Shown: positions 54,626 to 64,000 of the stretch, in pieces | Layout of the letters: each line of letters opens with the position of its first letter | Position numbering within the stretch: the stretch's first letter is position 1 | NCBI RefSeq assembly: GCF_032062105.1 | Contig: NW_026925910.1 | Span: 496,001 to 560,000 of the forward strand | Reading direction: 5' to 3' | Origin: Saccostrea cucullata | Taxonomy: Eukaryota | DNA length: 64,000 nt | Translations under genes and position numbers: made by a program | Notes under the pieces: model-generated | Told to the model about the DNA's origin: nothing | Seen by the model: only the letters and a program-made list of their open reading frames with translations | Databases searched by the model: none

Positions 54626-55112
54626 TTAATCACATATCTGTAAAATAGTCGGAAAATCAAGATTACTGGCCTTTTCTTTATGAAAATCTCAAAATGTCAA
54701 ATTAGCAATGCAAATGATTGAGACTGCCTGTCTTACAACAAATAAGTTTACTTAAGGTAAAGCATCTAGAAACAGTAGGAGGATTAGAAGCTACATGTAT
54801 TTAAGGAAAAAATTCAAAAATTAAGTTTACAAAGACAGATTCTTTGTAATATGTCGATATTTTCAGTATTGGTAGTATTCAAAATTTACCAGACACTTAT
54901 GTATTAAAATATCCTCTCTTCGACTGAAAAAAAAGGTTTTTTAAATAAAGAAAATGTGTTACATTTGTTGTATTGGAAATGAATTGCGCACAACTTAGGA
55001 AATTGATAGTATGTCAAAGTAAATATTCATGTGTATTTTCCCAGTGTAAAGACAAGAGAATAGCCATGAATGCTTTACAAAATTTAAAATATTTTGTAGG
55101 AATTAAATGGAT

Positions 55113-55195
55113 GGCCTGCAATGATGAAAAGAAGATTAAAATGTAGAAAGGGACATATGAATCTCTGTGATATTCTCTTCTTTCTGAGACAGGCT
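55113..55195 (+). ncRNA. Box C/D snoRNA, SNORD74-like (possibly degenerate)
   Basis: Stem GGCCTG/CAGGCT; C ATGATGA; GTAGAAAGGGACA + T + ATGA (D'), one mismatch to the expected 28S UGUCCCUAUCUAC; D CTGA. Confidence 0.55.
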
Positions 55196-55612
55196 ATCAA
55201 TTGTAGGGGACTTCATCCACTTGGTTACTAATTATAAAAGACACATAAATACTAACTGTATAGAGACTGGCCATCAATTGTAGGGACTTCATTCAATTGG
55301 TTACTAATTAAAATAGACACATAAATTCTAACTGTATAATTATGTTCAATCAATACATAGGCACATATTGTCTATGAGATGTATCAATAAACTGAACTAG
55401 TTATTTGGACTGGATATTGAGTTAATTCACAAAAGAAAACAGGGGGTGATGGATCATAAAATTAATATCTTTTAAATAAATTGACTATGAGATGTATGTC
55501 TCTCGACTTCAATAAACTGATAAACTGAACTAGTTATTTGGACTGGATATTGAGTTAATTCACTAGGAAAAAAAGGGGGTGGTGGGTCATAAAATTAATA
55601 TCTTTTAAATAC
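55195..55612. repeat. Two local tandem duplications (~75 bp x2 and ~132 bp x2)
   Basis: atcaattgtaggg..acttcat..ttggttactaatta..gacacataaat..taactgtata occurs twice; ataaactgaactagttatttggactggatattgagttaattcac...cataaaattaatatcttttaaata occurs twice. Confidence 0.8.
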
Positions 55613-56316
55613 TGATATGTGTGCTTAAAACTGTTAATTGAAAGTTTTCAATTATGTTGGTACAGTTCTTTTATGTAATTATGGGAAATGATAAATTGGA
55701 GCTATAAATAATGTAATGTCTCTTGTGATGCAATTCAATATATTGCTTTGTGGGGTGCTCATTCTTTTGATTGAGATTGTTTTGAATTTGGAACATGTTT
55801 TATTATTTCAGAATTGAAGAGGAATCTAATATGTCTTCAACAAAGCCAGAGTTATAGGAATTTAGGAGTCTTGTTGAAATAATGTTTCGGACTTCAAATT
55901 TCTTTATCTCTAGCATATATAATCTACTATAAAGAGACACAAGTCATTCCAAGTTAATCCACTTGTACACACGTTATTGTAAGTCTCGGAATACTAACAA
56001 TCTTGTAGGTAAAATGCAATGAAGGGCCTTTATCCTCCCCTCCACTGGCAAATGTTGGCATCTCCAATAAATTATGGAGACTCCATATGAGTGAAAAATT
56101 CTTTAGAGGGATCTTTAAACAACAAACAAAATACAAACTACTAGGAAAAAAGCTATTTTTTCTTGTCTGTGTGTATTGAGTGTGCCAGAATATGAAATAT
56201 ATTGAAGGAATGCATTGCCAAAAAAAAAAAATTTCCAGAACTAGGAAGCTATATTAAGAACTTATGAATCAACATGCTAATTAAAACATGAAATTAAAAT
56301 ATTGAAGAAGAGCACA

Positions 56317-56713
56317 ACAAGATGTGTTTGTGAAACACTGATGCCCACATATGGCAGGTTATGGCAAAGCTTTCAAGTGCAAATCTAAATTCAAAGTCAA
56401 GGTCAAAATTGTAATCCAGAGAAAGGAATGCGCAAGTAAAAAAGGAAAACCCTAGTGCTAATTGTTCAAAAGTTATGACCAAGGTTAAATTTTGATTTTT
56501 TTTTTCAAAAGTAGACCCAGGTCAAGAGGTCAAATGTGGTGAAACCCAAAGAAAGGTCTTGTCACAAGGAATGCACCTTTGAAATATGAAAGCCACAGCC
56601 CCTCCAATTCAAAATTATTGGCAAGTTTAAGTTTTTGCAGACAAACGGACAGACAGAAGTACGGACAGGGAAAAAATTATAACCCCTGAATCTTTGACTA
56701 CAGGGGCATAAAA
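56317..56713 (-). mobile_element. Short HINE/Helentron-type element
   Basis: AACAAGATGTGTTTGTGAAACACTGATGCCC at one end; GACAGACAG microsatellite and cccctg...caggggcataaaa hairpin at the other. Confidence 0.65.
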
Positions 56714-59639
56714 GGTTTAATTTTAGTCATATAGTATTCTTTAAAGGATTAAATATATTTCAAGCAGCATAATTTGTATTTTGTTGACTTGATCAATACT
56801 GTTATGTTTAATCTGAAGTCGTGGTGATAAACTGCTGCAGTTTCTACATAACAAGAAAATTTAAAAATATCAGCAAGAAAATTGCATGGTAAAGTTTTTA
56901 TTTTCATCTGAATCATAAAGCATCAACTTTTAACAATATATAAAAACATTACATTGGTATTACTTTTCATGCTTTTCAGAAAGTAAAAAAAAAAAAAAAC
57001 TAGAGAAAGAAGAAACTATAGAAAATCTATAAAGAAAAAGATGCTTGACAATGAAATTTCTTTGCATGCTTCTCACAGATGAGAAACTTAGGATAAAAAC
57101 GAATTTCTAGAAAACCTATGTGTACTAGCAATTCTTTTTCAAGTATAATCTTTACTTATTATATGACGGACTACACCTCGAATAATATAACACTTCTGCT
57201 GTAAGCCAGGCTAGCTTAGTGGGAGCATCTGACATTTAATAACAACAAATAATAAACAGGCATACATTAATGTGCATGTGAATAATGAAATACTGCAATG
57301 TTTTGTTAACTATACGTTACATGCTATGCATTATATCCCTATCACAGACATTAAAAACCGCCCAGGAAAAAAACCATAGACACGTAACTATGGAAAACCG
57401 CCCAGGAAAAAACCATAGACACGTAACTATGGAAAACCTGTGTCCGTCGCTATGTAAATAATGTCTCAATGGAGAATGCCGGACGTGCATTCGGTGCAGT
57501 ACTTGGTATGCATAAACACCATAGATGTACATGTACAATAGAGCGAAAAACATGCCAATATTGTTGTCAAAATTTTAAACATAAACGTATTGAAATACAT
57601 GCAAATGTTGGTAATATTCTAAACATAAACGTAATATATAAACAAAAACACGTGTGTGTTCTGCGGAGCACTGGCTTAGAATGTTCCAACACCTCAAAAA
57701 AAAAAAACGCCTTCTCATTGGCCTTACTTTGGCCACGATTACCATAAACAGGCATTTCCAATAAAATACGTTCCTATCATACAACGTTTTCCCGCTATTC
57801 TAGGAAACGCGGGAAAACTCGACTACAAATGGTGTATACCATTAAAAAATGTACAAAAGAAAAAATTCTGATTCATTGTACAGGTATTATTTAAACTTTA
57901 AAGTTTTAGTGTTTTTTAATAACATTTAAGTTCTATTAATATAGAAAAAAGAACATCGGTTGCATAAGATAAAAATAAATAAAAAATTTAAGGTCTTGCT
58001 CTCTCTATTATTGACTTTGTGTAGCGATTAATATTTTTTCCTCTTAAAAAAGTAAAAACATGACTTTATTAAAATGTTCCGGCCTCCCCAATTTATAATA
58101 GTGAGAAGAAGGAGTTTGATATTTTTGCATGTACTGATGAACAAAATTTAACAAAAATAAAATAGATGAGTTTGTTTGTTTTTCTTCTATTCAGAAAATT
58201 TACTCACACAGAGGATATTTTTAAGCAATTATTCAAAATGACCCAGCATGTCTATTCCTTCGCTACAATACCTCGAATATACAGTGTTAATATTATTTTC
58301 AGTAAATGTGCAACAATCGAACCATGTACAGGTATTTACATAATATGCACCTGTACACCTCAACCCTACTCAAAGACTTGTGCATATAAAGCAAACATAT
58401 TTTTCCAGTAAGTAGGCATTTCAGCAATTTTGTAAACCTGACCCATAAAGTGGTAATAAATATGCATTAAAAATGCATGTATTAGAAACACTGAAAAAAA
58501 GATATTGCATGCTGTACTCTGTAGTCCTTTTCTAACTTTACGGTATATGTACTGATCAACGGGGGGAAAATCAAATTCATGGACAAGGAGAGAATATAAT
58601 GTTGGTTAATTTTTTATATATACATAATGAAAGTCTACTCTAGTAGAAATCATTTGAACTTAATAATCACCTTTCATTTGATGCCACCATACAATCATCA
58701 ATGCCAAATAAACAAATTGCCAATAAAATTTTATATGTCTGAGAATAATATATATATATTTAAAGATGCTATTATGTTGTCTTAGAGGATTTATATACTT
58801 TTCTATTATGAAAAGAACATTTTTTACTTAGTGTCTTAGTGTATGAAGTCTTGAGCAGATGGAGGGAGGCATTTAAAAAAAATGTAAATTGCTTAACTAT
58901 GAAAGTGAATACATGGACCTCTGTAATATCTTCTTTTTTTTTTGATGTCATATCCATCCTGTATTTGGCAAATATTAGAAGTATTTTAACAATAAGATCA
59001 AATGATCTGAATAAGAATTTATTTTAAAATGTCATGATTTATTTTAAACTCATCCAGATTTTAAAATTGCAAAAATATTGATCGCAGAGCAGTCAAAATT
59101 TAAGTAATAAAATGGAGCAAAAAAAAATCCTAGACGTTCAAATTAAGAATTTTTGCATCGATTCATATGCCAAATTATGGCTTAATATATATATATATTG
59201 CTTCGTTGAAAAGAGAAATTTTGTCCACATTTAAATTGACAAAAACGATGACGTTGTAGAACCTCATAGATCAGCAGCTAAAGATGCATGCAATTGTGTG
59301 TTTTACTCGGTAAAATTCCTGAAAAACTCTGGAATAAAAACATATACGGTATCACAAGCAAGTCGTGTATTTTCGTGTAAATAGTAGAGGCGGTATTTGA
59401 TTGACTGAAACTGAGTATTTCGAATGAAGACACCGTTCTATGAAGAAACGGTTTGAATGGAAAAAATATTCTGAACAAAAACTTTTAAAAGCTGGAACGT
59501 AATGGAATGGAAAGACATAGGCATTTCAGAGTTGCTGATCTTGTGAAAGCACATTAAAGTTATAAAGGAAATTAAAACATTGACAAAGGAAACAACGAGA
59601 GAAAAATTATTTAAAAGTGAAACTTCACACAATTTTTAT

Positions 59640-61922
59640 CCTTAGACATTGCAAACTTCAGGTATTGAGGGATGTTTTTATGGCCTTTGAGATATCTCCT
59701 GCCATTTTGTTCCTCTGAAAAATGAGAGGAAGGGGACTGATCAGTCCTTTTTACAACACACCGTTGAAAAAAAATTAAAATCTTAGAGACTAAAACACTC
59801 AGAAAACTAATTTGATGTAGTATAAACCGATAAATGCATCAAAGTAAAAATTAAAAAAAAATATATACTACATTTAGCTTCATAGATAAACGATTAAAGA
59901 ATAAAAATCAGAAAGAGAGAAAAGATGAGAGATAAAGTATGAAATAACGTCCGTAAAAAAGTATGTAAAAAAAAATCTTAACTTTGAAAAAGAACTCTTT
60001 ATGTAACTTAGCCCCCCAAAATTATTAAGAAACAGAAAGAAGGAAAGTTTATCTTATAGAAAGGGGGAAATAAGAATGCACAACTTTATTAAAAAAATAA
60101 ATAAGTGAAAGAAAGAAGAAAGAAAGAATATCTTTGTTTAAAAATATCATACATTGGGTAAATTCTGTGGTTATTTTGACTGCCATATTTGATGCCAATT
60201 GTTAGGCTTTTCTTTGTATAGATAAATATGACTACGGGATATTTCGTCCATTTGATGAACACATGGGGCTCACGGCCGATGTGACCAGCCCAAGAGACTC
60301 CACCTAGACACTTGATACTACTTTTTAAATTTCTGAGGCTCCGTCTTTTATGCTCGTTTCACTAACTTGTATTGTCCATACGTTTTCTAATGAGACCGAC
60401 CACTGTTCGCTATCTCTAATAAAGTTTTTGTAGAATTTTGCTGGCTTATAAAAAAAAATCAAACTATAATATTGCTATATAAATTAAAAGAAAAAAAATA
60501 CGGAAAATGGCAATCAATATAAATCACAGAAACAACCCATTATATGATAAAATTAAAAAAAAAAAAAAAACTATAGATAATAAAAATAATGCTGTCTTAG
60601 TAAAACTGTATCCGAAGATAACATCTGGGGGTGTTTTTTTTCAGAAAGAATTCAAACATTTCAATGATCATTGCAAAATTGAGGCACTGAGGGAGGTTTT
60701 TATGGCCTTTGAGATATCTGCATTTTTGTTCCTCTGAAAAATGAGAGGAAGGGCACTGATTAGTCCTTTTACAACACACCATTGAAAGAAAACTTAAATT
60801 CAGGGAGACTAAAAAATCAGAAAACTAATTTAATGTAGTAAAAATTGATAAATGCATCAAAAAGAAAAAGGAATAAAATGAATACTAAATTTAACTTCAT
60901 AGACAAAGGATTAAAGAAAGAAAAAGAGAAAAAAGATGAGAGATAAACTATAGAAAAAAAACATCCGTAAATTAAAGTATGTAAAAAAAATCTTAACTTT
61001 GAAAAAGAAAGGAAGATGGAAGGAAAGAAAGAAAAATTTAGAATTCTTTATGTACCTTAACCAAAATAAAAGAAAGAAACTAAGAGAAAGAAAGAAGGAA
61101 GGATTATTTTACTTTAAAGAAAAGGATAGAAAAAAAATTAAAAAAGCACAACTTAAAAAAAACATACAAGGGAAAGAAAGAAGAAAGAAAGAATATCTTA
61201 CTTTAAAAATATCATATATTGGGTAAGTTCTATGGTTATTTTGACTGCCATATTTGATGTCAATTATTCGGCTTTTGTTTGTACAGATAAATTTGACTAC
61301 GAAATATTCCGTCCATTTGATGAACACATGGGGCTCACGAAAGATATTTTGTGACCAGCCCGATGACGTATGACTTTCCTAGACACTTGATACCACTTAC
61401 ACAAAGGGTCCGTGTTTTGTGTTCGTTTCACAGATTTGTATTGACTATAAGTTTTCTAATGAGATGGACCAATGTTCGTTATCTTTATTTCAGTTTTCGT
61501 AGAATTTTGCATGTTTAATAAAAAAAACCCAAAAATTAATGTTGCTATATAAATTGAAAGAAGAAACAAAAAATGGCAATCAATTTAATCCATAGAAATA
61601 ACCCATTATATGATGAAATAAAAAAAATATATAGATGATATAAAAAATAATACTGTCTTAGTAAAACTGTATGCTATGATAAAATCTGTTGATTCAGAAA
61701 GAAGTCAAACCTTTCAATGATCATTGCAAAGTTGAGGTACTGAGGGAGGTTTTTATGGCCTTTGAGATATCTCCTGCCATTTTGTTCCTCTGAAAAATGA
61801 GAGGAAAGGGACTGATCAGTCCTTTTTACAACACACAAATTAAAGAAAAATTAAATTCTTGGAGATTAAAAATCTCCGAAAACTAATTTGATGTAGTAAA
61901 AACTGATAAATGCATCAAAAAG

Positions 61923-61994
<72 letters not shown>

Positions 61995-64000
61995 CTACAT
62001 TTAGCTTCATAGATAAACGATTGAAGAAAAAAAGTAAGAAAGGTAGAAAAGATGAGAGATAAGGTATGAAAAAAAAAACGTCCGTAAATAAAATATGTTA
62101 AAAATTCTTAACTTTTAAAAGAAAGGTAGAAAGAAAGAAAAAAAAGAATTCATGTAACATAACCAAAAAAAAAAATTATTTAGAGACAGAAAGAAGGAAA
62201 GTTTATTTTAAAGAAAAGGGTAGAAAAAATAAGAATGCACAACTTTAAAAAAAATAAATAAGGGAAAGAAAGAAGAAAGAAAGAATATCTTAGTTTAAAT
62301 ATATCATATACTGGGTAAGTTCTGTGGTTATTTTGACTGCCATATTTGATGCCAATTGTTCGGCTTTTCTTTGTACAGTTAAATTGACTACGGGATATTC
62401 CGTCCATTTGATGAACACATGGGGCTCACGGCCGATGTGACCAGCCCACGAGACTCCTCCTAGACACTTAATACCACTTTTTCTAAGGGTCCGTGTTTGT
62501 GCTCGTTTCACAGATTTGACTTGTCTGTACGTTTTCAAATGAGACCGACCACTGTTCGTTATCTTTATTTCAGTTTTCGTAGAATTTCGCTGGCTTATAA
62601 AAAATCAAACAATAATATTGCTATATAAATTGAAAGGAAAACAATACGGAAAATGGCAATCAATTTAGATCACAGAAATAACCCATTATATGATAAAAAG
62701 AAAAGAACTATATATAATAAAAATCATGCTGTCTTAGAAAAACATCTGTTGATTCAGAAAGAAGGCAACCCTTTCAATGATCATTGCAAAGTTGAGGTAC
62801 TGAGGGAGGTTTTTATGGCCTTTGGGATATCTCCTGCCATTTTGTTCCTCTGAAAAATGAGAGGAAGGGGACTGATCAGTCCTTTTACAACACACCATTG
62901 AAAGAAAACAAAAAATTCAGGGAGCCTAAAAAAACTCGGAAGACTAATTTGATGTAGTAAGAACCGATAAATGCATCAAAGCGACAAAGGGAAAAAAGAA
63001 TACTACATTTAGCTTCATAGATAAACGATTAAAGAATAAAAATAAGAAAGAAAGAAAAGATGAGAGATAAAGTATCAAAACGTCCGCAAAAAAAAAAATC
63101 TTAACTTTGAAAAAGAAAGATAGAAAGAAAGTAAAATAAGAATTCTCCATGTAACATAACCAAAAAAAAATACTAAAGAGAGAAAGAAGGAAAGGATATC
63201 TTAAAGAAAAGGGTAGAAAAAATAAGAATGCACAACTTAAAAAAAAATAAATAAGGGAAAGGAAGAAGAAAGAAAGAATATCTTAGTTTAAAAATATCAT
63301 ATATTGGGTAAGTTCTGTGGTTATTTTGACTGCCATATTTGATGCCAATTGTTCGGCTTTTCTTTGTACAGTTAAATATGACTACGTAATATTCCGTCAA
63401 TTTGATGAACACATGGGGCTTACGGCCGATGTGACCAACCCACGAGACTCTTCCTAGACACTTGATACCACTTTTTAGATTTCCGAGGGTCAGTCTTTTA
63501 TTTACGTTTCACTGATTTGTATTGTCTATAAGTTTTCTAATGAGACCGACCACTGTTCGTTATCTTTAAATCAGTTTTTGTAAAATTTTGTAGGTTTATA
63601 AAGAAAACCCCCAAAAAACTATAATATTGCTATATAAACTGAAAAAAGGAAAATGGCAACCAATTTAAACCACAGAAATAACCCATTATATGATGAAATA
63701 AAAAAAAATATATAAATAATTAAAAAAGAATAATGCTGTCTTAGTAAAACTGTATGCGAAGATAACATCTGTTGATTCAGCAATGATCATTGGAAAATTG
63801 AGATATGAGGGAGGTTTTTATGGCCTTTGAGATATCTCCTGCCATTCTGTTCCTATGAAAAGTGAGAGGAAGGGGACTGATCAGTCCTTTTTACAACACA
63901 CCGTTGAAAGAAAACTTATATTGAGAGAGACTAAAAATCTCAGAAAACTAATTTCGTGTAGTAAAAATTGATAAATGCATCAGAAAGAAAAAGGAATAAA
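59640..64000. repeat. ~1.0-1.06-kb tandem array (macrosatellite), more than 4 units, continuing past the window end
   Basis: The anchor gggaggtttttatggcctttgagatatctcctgccattttgttcctctgaaaaatgagagg recurs at ~59668, 60691, 61743, 62803 and 63809. Unit 3 has an (AT)n expansion at ~61927-61993. Confidence 0.95.

Larger units (their letters stand above)
48420..55300 (+). ncRNA. Spliced non-coding snoRNA host gene (GAS5-like), divergent from HSPA5; boundaries approximate
   Basis: Short GT/AG-bounded exons without a useful ORF (donor ~48456; 49261-49283; 49548-49616; 50500-50572; 50758-50792; acceptors ~52139, ~53375, ~54129) alternate with box C/D snoRNAs whose D boxes lie ~80-95 nt upstream of acceptors. 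Confidence 0.75.

Noticed and set aside
55833-55950. Double hairpin with an ANANNA-like hinge (possible H/ACA RNA)
   Set aside because: No ACA box after the second hairpin and no convincing target.

Overview
AT-rich, intron-containing animal DNA, most likely an oyster (Ostreidae, judged from a Cg170/HINE-type satellite element and a RING-less TRIM gene). It holds seven protein-coding genes and one non-coding locus arranged as four head-to-head pairs: SWT1(-)/MAN1B1(+), a secreted ShK + C-type-lectin gene(-)/intronless B-box-NHL TRIM-like gene(+), EIF3G(-)/protein C10(+), and HSPA5-BiP(-)/non-coding locus(+). Introns and spacers carry many non-autonomous DNA transposons, and the last ~4.4 kb is a ~1.03-kb tandem array. 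The most notable feature is in the ORF-poor region ~48.4-55.3 kb: a spliced non-coding snoRNA host gene divergent from BiP. It contains about nine box C/D snoRNAs: three U14 copies, homologues of the vertebrate GAS5-hosted families SNORD80, SNORD44, SNORD79, SNORD81 and probably SNORD74, and one unassigned guide. This looks like a molluscan GAS5-like locus that also hosts U14 and shares an ERSE/HSE-bearing promoter with BiP. All family assignments come from reading the sequence and recalled reference sequences; no database search was run.
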